The position numbers were made by a program, and so were the translations under genes. A stretch of DNA of 63,402 bases, the filler included, from Lenisia limosa (lineage: Eukaryota > Protista > Breviatea), in assembly GCA_001655205.1 (NCBI GenBank). It is 13 parts of 13 records of this genome, joined end to end, with 100 filler letters (N's around TTAATTAATTAA, not from the genome) between each part and the next. Parts side by side here need not be neighbours in the genome. Positions count along the whole stretch, not along the records: positions 18,367 to 36,176 come from LPNZ01011637.1; 12 more parts are not named here. One strand, 5' to 3'. Every line of letters begins with the position of its first letter. Within the stretch, counting starts at the first letter, position 1. Shown here piece by piece: positions 25,042 through 36,276 of this stretch. The notes below the pieces were generated by a model. That model worked only from the letters and a program-made list of their open reading frames with translations, did no database searches and was not told where the DNA came from.

Positions 25042-25949
25042 GTTTGTTTCCATGCCTGTGCAACCTTTTATCAACCATTTTGCAATCTTGCTTAATATTG
25101 TATCGTTCAAATTCATACTTAATTTTGGGGCACCAACAAACCAACAACACCTGCAACACAAAACTTCAATAGATGGTATGATAACCTTAACCTTAACCTT
25201 ACTACTTAGAAGATTTTTTTCTCATTATTTTTTTAAGCCTCTTCCTTTTTTCTATTAAAAAATGAAATACACCACGGTGTATTGTTTGCAAGCCTAACTT
25301 ATGGGAAAGGCTTCCAAGGATGGGCATCAAATCACACCTCACCCTCGGTCATTTGTTCCAAATAGTCCACCGCTTACCTCGAAGGAGTTACTTTGGGCAG
25401 ACTTGGCCTTCGCAGAATTGTTTTAATTCAGTTTTGCAAATAAACTGCGGGTCAGTAGAAACAGGAAGGCCTTTTAAAAATAAAATATAAGACAAAATTG
25501 GCGGGCGAGAAGGGCGAAAATGCGTGACTTCGGTGGTGTGACGCTCCTAGTGAGAAAAATCGGAGTTAGACCCGCTGGCGAACAGGAAAGATTTTGGGAT
25601 TGTGGCATGGGTAAGTAGATAGCTAAAATAGTTTTTTCCCTTTCTAGGTCACTCAGTTAACTCACAATATCAATGGAGAAGTATAAATAAGGTGATAAGG
25701 CCAGCCAACAGAGTCTCATTAAGCACTCGCTCTCGGACCACAGCTCATGGTAAGTACTGCTACCTGACTGTTATCCACCCAAAGAGATGCCAGTCGTACC
25801 AAGTAATGTTTTAGGAAACAGCCCAACCATTTGAACTTGTTTTGTATTTCGCGTTTTGAATTTTATTCGAATGCAAAATACGGAAAGATATATTGTAAAG
25901 AATGAACAATAATGCTAAGAATAACCATCGCTATACTCCTTCCTGTATC

Positions 25950-27330
25950 ACAGCTTCCTTAAAAATAATTGTCCTGCCGTTTCAAGTTTCACACTACCTG
26001 TTATTTCCTGCAACCCCTATTCATGATTTTACCCTGATTGAGTGTGCTGTTGTTATTATTAAGCAGCCAGTTCTTCAGAATTGCAACAGACACACAATAA
26101 CTTACCCCTCGTATATAGGATTCCATTTACTTGAAAGGTTCTTTGGTGTATTACATCAAAGCTTCTTTTTATGTTTCAGCACCCTGATAGTAGTGCACCA
26201 CTTCACAGTGTTGCTTTATTAGAAATATTTTAAAATTTTGAAAGGAAAGGGATAGAATGAATTGAGCCTGTACCACATGACAGATACTACAAGAGGGTGG
26301 CTTGGGCTCTTTTTTGCTTGTGAGGTTGCTGTCACCGCACCCTCTTCACAAAGTTTATTTTGTGTGGGTTGTGTGTAAGGAAAGAGCAAGCAAAGGGCAA
26401 GTGGGGGGGTGCGCAATTATAGTGCGCAAATATAATCGGCCACAAACATATCATACTCTACTTTACATTGACAACTGTTAATTACACAAAACCAAATACT
26501 TGAACTTGAACCTAAACACGACGGAGGCGTTTTCTTGTAGTTGGGGATTGTGGGATTGTGGGAGCATCGGGGAGGCTGAACGGCTTGGCTTGCTCAGTGG
26601 ATGGGAGAGGCTTTTGACGGTAAAGCAAATGACGAAAGTTAATATTCTTAATGGGCACCCAGAGAGACTTAAGAAAATGGCGAAGAGGGATGGGTGATCC
26701 ATCTGGCATTTTGATAGTATCTACTCACTTAGTTTTGTCGTCTCTGCTGTCTCTTTCAAATTATCAACTTCCGCAAACACTTCTTCTGCCTCATTATCAG
26801 ATTCATTTTCGTTGTCTTCTTCTGCAGTCTCAGCTTCCTAAACGCAAGAGAGGTGATGTCCGAAGGCTTAGTTTCTGGAACAAACCTGAAAATATGTTGA
26901 GATCCATAGATGTTTCTGTTTTTCTTTGGATGTATATATTTTATGTCTTTTATCATTAAGCAAGTCAAGAAGAATCAACTCTCTTATAATTTTCAAATTT
27001 TCTTACTTGAAATACTGAACGTTAATGTGACGCGAATTGACTCCCCTCAGTCATCAGGTGCTAGTGCCAGCCCTCTCCTGTTCAATTGTTTTTTTTAATG
27101 AGAAAGCTGTTAAAGTTTGATTCCACTGTACTTCTCTGTAGGCTGCTGTTTTCTATTGTTTGCTTTTCCAACAGCAAATATTGAATATACATTTATATTG
27201 AAGAAAGCGGGGTGAGGGCCGCTGGCAGAAAGTGCATAAGGGATGAAAGATTTTGAGGAGGTTATTATGGTAAAAAATGTCAATTTAAATTGTTTTTCTT
27301 GAGGAGATGTTGGAAGAGTAACCGCCATAT
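25950..27330 (-). CDS. Hypothetical multi-exon gene with an acidic stretch
   Basis: Exon-like blocks EAETAEEDNENESDNEAEEVFAEVDNLKETAETTKL|gtgagt, DGSPIPLRHFLKSLWVPIKNINFRHLLYRQKP and KEPKPPSCSICH; ends uncertain. Confidence 0.35.
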
Positions 27331-27449
27331 TAGAAAACGACGGCCTCGAACTTAAGTGAACTAAACGTACTCTATGTGATGATTTCTACCAGAAGATGAT
27401 TCAAAGGAGTTATGGGCAAAAGAAGAAAAAAAAATTCACGTTCGCTGGG

Positions 27450-27700
27450 GTTCTAATTTTTGATTTTCCAGAAATCGTATACAAAGTTGTTGGAGCACAT
27501 AGCTGGGAACCAGCAATGTTCAATTGGGTTATCCGGCGACTGAGAGGTCCACTCCAAAACTTTGTATTCAATGTTATCAAAATACTCACAGTCCAATACA
27601 CCATTTTAATCAATGAATACGTTTTTAGCGTTAATTCAAGGACTTTGCTTGTCTTTCTTGACTTGTTTACAGGATCGATGGTAGATGTGGGAACAACATA
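27450..27700 (-). mobile_element. Degenerate Tc1/mariner (Tc1-type) transposase remnant
   Basis: 27560-27510 reads VLEWTSQSPDNPIEHCW (Tc1 consensus VLEWPSQSPDLNPIEHLW). Upstream, in another frame, IDPVNKSRKTSKVLE resembles DNDPKHTSK..KWL. Frameshifts and stops are present. Confidence 0.7.
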
Positions 27701-29085
27701 CCACTTCTCGGTGAATCTGTATTACACTGTATTTGCAATGATACAATTGGAAAACACGTCCTCTGACTAATAAATCTCTAGATTAGTCATCATGCGATCA
27801 AAAAAGGAGATATAAATGGAATATTTTATAAAAAATTGAGGGGTGAAAGAAAAAGTAGAACACAGCTTTTAGAAAGAGCCTAATAAACGCTGCAAACAAT
27901 GACTAATCACAATCCTTCTCTTTCAGAACATGAAATACATTATATCAAACAAGAATCAACATAATACCCATGCAAAAATGGTTTAACAAATGCAGATTTC
28001 GACAAACCTGAAACTCGAGAATCTCCATGAAATAAAAATAAAACCTTCTTTAGATATAAAAGAATATGAACTTGAATTAACTTGAGTTGGGGAAAAAGAA
28101 TCTAAAAAGGAACACCATTTTGGAGCACAACCGAGTCGAGGAATATAATAGATACTCAAACAATTAATTCAAAAACAAAAAAAAACTGGGGATGAGCCAA
28201 TGTTTGTTGTAAAAATCATCCCTGAACTTTCATTAGTGAAAAAAAAAAACTCTTGATAAAAATCAAATGAAGCAAAATTTGTTTGGTCTTGAATCGTCAA
28301 ATATGGTATCATCTTAGAAAAAATAATCTAACTTCATCAACAAGATTCCAGAGTGAAAGAGATTTCTGATTTAAGAACAACACGGTATCATTGGCAAAAA
28401 ATGAAACTTGTGTGATAGGGAGTCTAGATTATAAAAAAAATAGAGACTTGTATTTGACAAAAAATGATGTAACAGGTTTACAAGAGCGGATATCAAATAT
28501 TGCCACTTCACCATTTTCTTTTCCCACACTTAGTTGTCTTTCATTCTGTGACAAACTCAAAGAAGTAACTGGAGAACTACTAAAAAAAGATTAAGAAATA
28601 AGACTTCGGGCTTTACGTGTCAACATCATAAATCGTAGTGGGGTCCCAGTGCACTTGAGTGAAAAAATAAAAATATATATAATAACTATATATAATATAT
28701 CATATATACCTTACATGTATATGTCAAGGTCCAAAATTATGTCCTTTATTCGAATTAAGGTCGTTAATTATTTACGGTCGCCAAATCAGCTATTCCCCTT
28801 CAACGCAGTAATATATTTCTGAGATATAATACACTTTATTTATTTATGAAAGAAAAAAAAAACATTTCAAAAATTTTCATTTTATTTTTGCAAGATCAGC
28901 AAATTTGATCGCGAAAATTGAATTTTAACGCCACCCTCACGCGATTTTTTTCAGTTTATGCTCGTATTTTTCTCATATAGTATGTCCTTTTTACGAGTTA
29001 AATTGTTGTGAACACGAAAAAGAGAGTCACAGAAAATTAGTACCTTGAGCATATCATATACATATCAATATATATGTATGCAACA

Positions 29086-29171
29086 GTAGGCTCAAGACAT
29101 TACGGTTGACATTTTGACTGAAATTACCATTCTCGCGGTCATTATATTAACCGTTATATCTCGAGCCTACT
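29086..29171. mobile_element. Short MITE-like hairpin with CAGTAGGCTC ends
   Basis: AGTAGGCTCAAGACATTACGGTTGA ... TTAACCGTTATATCTCGAGCCTACT form imperfect 25-bp inverted repeats. Confidence 0.6.
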
Positions 29172-30314
29172 AACGCTATTTTAAAATCGGATTCCCATTT
29201 TAAGGGTGTTGGGGGTCTGGTTTCTAACGTTTTAGAAGTTTTAAAGGGCCCTAAGATGAGAAACGACAGACTTTTTCGACTTTTTAAACACTGTTTTCTC
29301 AATTAGGTAAGTATCGAACTTTCTGGAATCTAAGAATATCGCAAAATCACAAAATAGCAATTCTCAGAAACTGCAACTTGTGTGAAATGTTGCTATTTCA
29401 TATTTAAATTGGTTTTTAATGATGTTCAAGATTTTAAGGTGGTTCCACCTTTCACAGCTCACCATTGCAGGAGAATCAATATAATATACAGTATATATAT
29501 ATATTTAATTCCCAAAAATGAAAAATAATAATAATAGCTGAGAATTGAAGGCAAGTAGAAAGAAGCTCTCAATTAAAAACCAGTCAGTTGATAACTGGTT
29601 AAATTCAATAATAACTGACGGAAAAGGACAGTAGAAGGGGCAAGAGGAAGAAAGCAACGGCTGAAACTGTAAAAAAAAAAAAAAAAAAANNNNNNNNNNN
29701 NNNNNNNNNNNNNNNNNNNNNNNNNNNNNNNNNNNNNNNNNNNNNNNNNNNNNNNNNNNNNNNNNNNNNNNNNNNNNNNNNCTAAAGCTCGAGATTAAAT
29801 CTGGAAAGAAGTGCATTCAGTTTGTTCAGACACAAAAGAAGTTTGGCGCGAACACATTTTGCCACGTCACTTTCTCATTTCTTCTGAAATTCCTTTCTGT
29901 TCCTCTTAAAATACAGTCATAGTATCACTTGAAGCTAGAGAGGCTGCGTTACCACTGGGATTCAGTGTTGACTTCGTATCTCTCAGAGATCTGAAGACTA
30001 ACTGCCGTTCTGAGATCAAATACCGTTTCGATGAGCTCTTCTTGGAGCTGGGTTGTACGAGAAGTGTTCAATCACCCTCTGGTAAGTTTTCTTTTATGGG
30101 TTCACTTCTCACTTTTCAGTTCCTTCCGCCCCCTATTGGTATTGCCAAGAACCAATGGCATACCTATGATTGAGCTAATGGACTTGGCCCAAAACCTCTC
30201 TTGATATGATCTGTTCTTATTTGCATTTTTTATAATAATAATTTATAAGAAGACTCAAAAAAATAAAAATATTAGCTCAAAACACTCTTATAAAATTGAT
30301 ACACCCATTACCAG

Positions 30315-30790
30315 AATCCCGGTGAGGATGTCATAACGTGCAAGGTTCTCAAAGACACGGGCTGGGCTGTTCCAACCGGGTCAACTCCCTTAGCAGAGAG
30401 ATCACTCAGCGTCACAAAGAGATCATGTTCTTTTCCTTCAAAAGTTAATTTTTACACTATTATTGGATAACCGTATATCATCATCCTGAACACTCAAAAT
30501 CAGACTATTCTTCTACCAGAGGGCTTCTCCCTGGAGTAGTCTCGGAGCCAATGACTTTTAGTTTAGCCATGGCAACAGTGACAGAGTCGAGTGAGTTGTA
30601 GCCTCGGCACACCCGGTTGTTAGACTACAGAAATATATATATATCCAGAAAGTTAGCACTTTTAACATACCAGTCAAAAGGGAATGCCTTGAGACAGCTT
30701 ACCAGAGGCAGTTTAACAAGCCTTAGTGCACTCTAACTCAAGAAAGACAAGAGTGGTTATATTGTGGAACCCTTTAGGGTCTACAGCCAA
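30315..30790 (-). CDS. Exon-like blocks of an unresolved hypothetical gene
   Basis: Three GC-richer blocks end in gtaagc, gtagaa and gtaatg donors, for example SALRLVKLPL|SNNRVCRGYNSLDSVTVAMAKLKVIG. Confidence 0.3.
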
Positions 30791-31349
30791 AATTGGCATA
30801 ATTTATGGGGAATTCCTACATAAATACATTTGTTTGGAAGAACTGTGACTTTGGAACCGCCACTTAAAAAAAAATAATAATAAAAAAAAAAAGAAACCCG
30901 AAAATGTCCAAAATTAGAACAACCTCGCGAGTCGGGAAAATTGACATTTTGATTTCCTCTACTCTGTCCCCCTTTTCCCGATAGGGTTCATGATGCTAGT
31001 TTCTAATAAGATATATTTTAAAAAAAGTTCGTTCTGAAAAAATATGATGAATTTCCCAACAGACACTTACATTTACAATTTCCTAAGGTATAATAAGTTA
31101 TGCCACATTCCCGAGGGTCTCTAAACATCTATTATCGACCTGGGTAACCATTATTATTGATGGTTACTCATTCACAAAGAGCCAGTTATGACCGAATTCT
31201 CTCACGATTGAAAGGGAAAACTTTATAATAGTCTCATTATTCTGTACTGATTTATGTTTTAGTAAAAAAAACTTGGAGTCAGGAATTTTTAAAAAACGAT
31301 TTGGGAAAAATGTAATAATAGTATGAGAGATTTTCAAGCAAAAAGATCT

Positions 31350-32845
31350 AAATTCGCCAAGAAAACATTGTCTGTTTCAAAAATCGACGAAGCAGATACA
31401 TATGTATATGATATGTATTTCCACAGAAGACTACCTTGAAAAAACGAGGCATTTGCTGACTTGATGAAAAACTATATATGATATAGTGATGCTGTTCTGT
31501 TTTTTCTAAAAAGAATAAGCCAGATTTTCCTTCGGTAATGTTCATCAGAATAAATTGGAGAAGCATAATAAAGTACATATGTTTCTCGTTTCAGAGTCTA
31601 TTTTCACCATTGCTTGCTGTTTCCTTTTTTAAAGGAATATATAATAGGAAATTTTAAATCCGTATTTTAGTAGTCCAAACAACAGGAATCCAAAGTCAAA
31701 ATCATCGAAATAGCTGTGTAAAGCTGCTGCAAATGAGGCTCAAGCTGTTAATAAGAAATTTTTTTTTTGCACTTTCCTAATATGCCAACATAAAAAAGGG
31801 AAAGGAAGGAAATAATAATAATGACAATAAAATGTGGGACTATAAGTACCACCTCAAGGTATGATGGGTGAAACTGTAACACTAAACTGAAAATGTACGA
31901 GATAAACATCCTTGGGCTTGTAGAAGTAACAAGATTAGGCACGGATAATAAGTCCTCAGTTTTAAAAGAAAAATTATGACCTGCATAACTTTTTTTGAAA
32001 ATTAGAGAGAGACCAAGCTTACATCACCGTTTTCATTAAAGTCATTCCACGAGAAAAAAACCCGGTCTTCAATGTAATAGAAGAAAATAATGAATCACCT
32101 AAGAAAAAAGACAATAATGAATCACACTAAGATGATGTCAGCTCTTCTCAAAAAGAGCCAAGTTTAGTGGTCCTTCAAAGAATTCTTACAAAACACTGGT
32201 CCTTTCACCCTTTGATCCAACATAAAACCCCACCACCTTTTTAAACTGCTCATTATTGTATCGCTTCTTAAATCAAACACTTCAACACCTGAAGAGCCAC
32301 CAGCAAATAGAATATCATAATTATGAGCCACAGAGAGAGCAAACAAAATTAGAAAACATATGCAACATTGTCTTGAAAAAACGAGCTCAGAAGAGGAGTC
32401 TTGAATTTTCCAGATAATAAATCAAGCCTAAATATTTGCTTGTCAGATCCAAAGTAAGATGATGCATTACATGAACTGTATGCTGACGCCATGACACTCT
32501 TTGTGAAAAATAAAGAAGCACTTTTGGAAGCTGTAATGTGTGAATTAAGCCATTTTCAGAAAGAAAGAAAATTTTCCTCTTTTCTGAAAGTGCCAATATT
32601 CTTTTCCAGTCATCTTGAAGAAACAGAATTAAAATATGACAAGCAACATGAAATTCAGATATCTGTTCAGGAATTTTGAAACTACATTTAACAGAAAGTT
32701 CATTCAGATCATATATACTCAAAAAAGGAGGGTATGCCCCAGAAAGTGCCATGTACTCTTGATTAGGGCATATTTTGAGAACAGAACTGGTGTCAGATGT
32801 CACAAGCCCGTTAATAATATTGTGCCCTGCATGTCTTACAAACAT
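31350..32845 (-). CDS. Divergent NOL10/Enp2-like WD40 ribosome-biogenesis protein (5' part clear, 3' part doubtful)
   Basis: SSVLKICPNQEYMALSGAYPPFLSIYDLNELSVKCSFKIPEQISEFH|DDWKRILALSEKRKIFFLSENGLIHTLQLPK aligns by eye with NOL10 CTTIKVSKDGQYILATGTYKPRVRCYDTYQLSLKFERCLDSEVVTFEILSDDYSKIVFLHNDRYIEFHSQSGFYYKTRIPK. Later block: ILFAGGSSGVEVFDLRS. Confidence 0.68.
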
Positions 32846-33361
32846 TTGTGAAAGCAATGTTAGTGGTTAGCAGTTATCAATTAGCAATCAAGTCAGGGGC
32901 CATGACGGTCAGTATATAAACACCCCAGGTTTGGGTATAACAGCTGTTTTTGACCTCTTATTTCATCGATTTTTAGTCTTACTGATTTGAAGGTAGCCCC
33001 GGTTTTTGATATATGTTATAAAATGTAATACAACTGCGTTAAACTGCGCTCTGACTGAAGAAAAAATATTTCATGACACATGACTTGGAATTCTTTCATT
33101 CTTGAAAATTGGAAAGAATGTTGCAAAACCGCGAAGGTTGGCATTATTAGTTTCAATCATGTATATTTACATCTGTTTTCAGAGTGAAAAGGGAAGAAGA
33201 AGACAGTTTGTTGTTCAAGAGCCTTGTTTCCAACAATGCCATTATGTTTAAATTTTCCATAAACCTTCATGTTATACTCTTGATTACACAATGCTTTCGG
33301 GTGCGCCATCTCTCCTCCGATTCTGATCTCAAAGAAGATCATCTGTTTCGATAGGTATACA

Positions 33362-33712
33362 GTGGCCGTCCGCTTCTATGTGGCAGCAGACACCTTCCGA
33401 CCTACCACGTCGCTTGAAGCCAGAAAACATCCTTACTGTTTAGAAGCAATACGGTGGGAGATTACTGCGGATTCTCTGAGCCGTTTATCCGCATATCGCA
33501 CATTGGAGGGACGGCCTGGCGAGGTTTTTCAGGCTTTTGTCAAAGGGACAGCATGTTCAAACAATCCCATCACGGTCACCATTGGCTCCAGGGAAGCCCC
33601 CAGTGACTATGTCAAAGGGTGGATGGGAGCTGTCGGTTTCCGGTCAAACCAATGTATCGGAGACTTTCCAGACTCCTGGTTCAGGTTGTTTGGTGCACTC
33701 GTTCTGCACTAG
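33362..33712 (+). CDS. GC-rich 116-codon ORF of unknown function (strand and splicing ambiguous)
   Basis: An open frame of about 50% GC in an AT-rich context; no recognisable motif; the minus strand is also exon-like. Confidence 0.3.
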   Translation: MAVRFYVAADTFRPTTSLEARKHPYCLEAIRWEITADSLSRLSAYRTLEGRPGEVFQAFVKGTACSNNPITVTIGSREAPSDYVKGWMGAVGFRSNQCIGDFPDSWFRLFGALVLH

Positions 33713-33759
33713 TGTAAGCCTTACATTTGTTGGGTGGCATGCACCATTCAACCATGGAT

Positions 33760-34880
33760 TCAGGAAAACGAATCGTAACCTATGTGACTGGTTGAATAAT
33801 ATTATTCTGATGGGAGGTGAATTAAATTAGGGGTTCTGATTTTAGAATCAGCGATCAAGAGGCCATTGTTTGTTTATTATTTCTCACTCACCCCTTCCTT
33901 TTGGTTTCCCAATTTTCCTATATTAATACACAATATCCAGTCGTTTTAACCCCCCCCCCCATACATACCTTCTTTGACCTTGGAATTGGGCTGGTGAAAA
34001 CTCTCAAATTGTCCGCCATATTCGCCGAGTACCAACGAATCAAGGTCTACATAAAGGTTTGATGTCAAACAAATAACAAGATGCTGGAATAAAAGTGGTA
34101 ATAATGTGCAGCTTACAGTTGAATTCTTCACGGTCTTCAGTCGGGCAGCTGTTGAAGATATTTCTTGTGTAGTCCAAAACTAAAAAGAATGATTATTTTA
34201 CAGGAAGAGGAATATACTGTTTCATCATAGCACCAGTAAGAGACAGCATATTACCATATCTGCAAAAGTCTGAAACCTTGTTAATTTACCGAAACACAAG
34301 AGTTTAAAAGCAAACATATATGATGTTGTCGTTCCTTTCACATATCAGAAGCGGGGTCGGCCGCAGGGTTGGTGAAGAAGCCGAAACCGGTATTGACACC
34401 TGAGGGGTCAAAAGAGAAATATACAAAACAGACCCCCCCTCCCTCAATAAAACCCCCAAAATAACAATAACTATTAGTTAACATTTGATAAATGAGGGTT
34501 TGAAAATAACATAACAAAAAAGCCCAGATCAGTCTGAGGGGAGGGGGGGGGGAAAGAAAAATTAGACAATTTTTGAAAGAAACTACAGTTATAATAGAAA
34601 CAAGCAATGTAAAACTACTGAATGAAAAGAGAATCCAATCAAATAGGTACGCTAATCTACTCATGAAAAACTTCTGTAGGGCAATTTCTCACCTGAAGTG
34701 ACGGCTGGAGTGGCTAAAATTGATAAAAAGCAGGTGTAAGGAACACGAATTAAATATATCCGCTCGAAAACTGTTTGTAATTATTTTAAAAAAACCGGGT
34801 GGCATCAGCTCACATCCAAATGGCAATTCACAAGCAAAAAGAGTAGTCGCGGAAGAGGATGCAGCAGAGTCTGAAAAGTG
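33760..34880 (-). CDS. Hypothetical multi-exon protein including an inferred 5-nt microexon
   Basis: DSAASSSATTLFACELPFG|STPAVTS|GVNTGFGFFTNPAADPASD|IY|VLDYTRNIFNSCPTEDREEFN|YLDSLVLGEYGGQFESFHQPNSKVKE|GYDSFS*. Third codon positions are C/T-rich. The 5' and 3' ends are uncertain. Confidence 0.5.
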
Positions 34881-36276
34881 AGATTTCGATAGCGCGATTT
34901 CGACACAAGAATCTTGGATAGGATGCTCATCAATTGTTAGCTGTTGGATTTTCTTCTTCTCCTTCTTCTCCTAATACCTTTCATTTAACTCTTTCAAATG
35001 TAATGAGCATTAGAACGGTAAATTGAAAACAAGAGTTTATTACAATTTACCCACTCACTCTAATTGTTATAACTGGTCAATGATGTCATTTGCCAGTGGA
35101 AGTAGTACCCCAATTGTTTGGCGGCACTGTTACTTATATTCTTTTTTGCCACTTGCGCTTTGCAGTTATTTGCTTTGCAATTATCTGCTTTGCAAATTTT
35201 TGGCATTGAAAAACGCAGCCACTGTTTGTGAAAAGTTATCAAAAGGAAGAAAAACGCCTGAAGAAGGAGGCAGGGAAGGGAACTTATATATCGCACTCAC
35301 CTTCAATATTTAGAATTATAATACTATTAGAGGACCCGGACACCAAGGGAGCAAGGGAGCGGCGTATGACTAGTAAGGGAAAGGAAGTACAAGGGAAACT
35401 GGCAGAAACACCTTAAATGGTAAATAAACTCAATCTATACAGTGAACTGTATCTAAATAAAGTCCAGATTAGCTATAAAAGAGAAAACCAATCAAAGATT
35501 CCCTCCCTTCTAATACCACTTATCTCACACCTGGATTTTGACAAGCTCATTTTGATAAATAGCTTAATTAAAGAGACTCCTTTGGGGAACTTACCGAAAT
35601 GCTTCCCCAGGTAAAAGATATCTACACCTTGTCTGCCCAGGTAAAAATACAAAGAATCAGTTTACTGCGTCTCGTATCCCCCAGAATTATAAGGTATATA
35701 TTTTACAAATTTTCAGGAAACACGTTTTTATTAAATAAGGTATGTAGCTGGGTATAATAAGGTCTAAAAGGAGGAGGTATAAGGAGAAATAAGAGTAATA
35801 AAAGTGAGAATTTGTTGGGGAGAATGGTGCAATCCAAGGAATTGTTTTCTACTGCTCTTCTGCTGTTGCATAGATGCTGTTCATCTCTCTCTTCTCATCA
35901 TATCTTAATTATTAGGGGTGTTGGGTGATCAGGCAGCGAGGGTGTGGTAAGGGGAGCCATGTAGGTGGGTCGCTTTAAAGGACTTTGTTCCTGGAATAAT
36001 AAATTAAAGCACACCACTCTAGGAAGGAGGAATTAACAATTCGAAATAGAAAGTATGCACCCACACTTGGATTATAAATATAAACAAGTTTATTTCCCAT
36101 AGACCCACAATAGCGTTGGAACGCTTTGCCTTTCGGTTGCTTTGGGGACGCCGTGCCTGTCTGTCTCTGATCTATANNNNNNNNNNNNNNNNNNNNNNNN
36201 NNNNNNNNNNNNNNNNNNNNTTAATTAATTAANNNNNNNNNNNNNNNNNNNNNNNNNNNNNNNNNNNNNNNNNNNN

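Noticed and set aside
26275-26330. CSICH as the start of a HIT or B-box zinc finger
   Set aside because: I could not splice in the remaining Cys/His ligands in phase.
30520-30740. LVKLPLSNNRV as a leucine-rich repeat
   Set aside because: A single motif formed across a putative junction; no further LRR units recovered.
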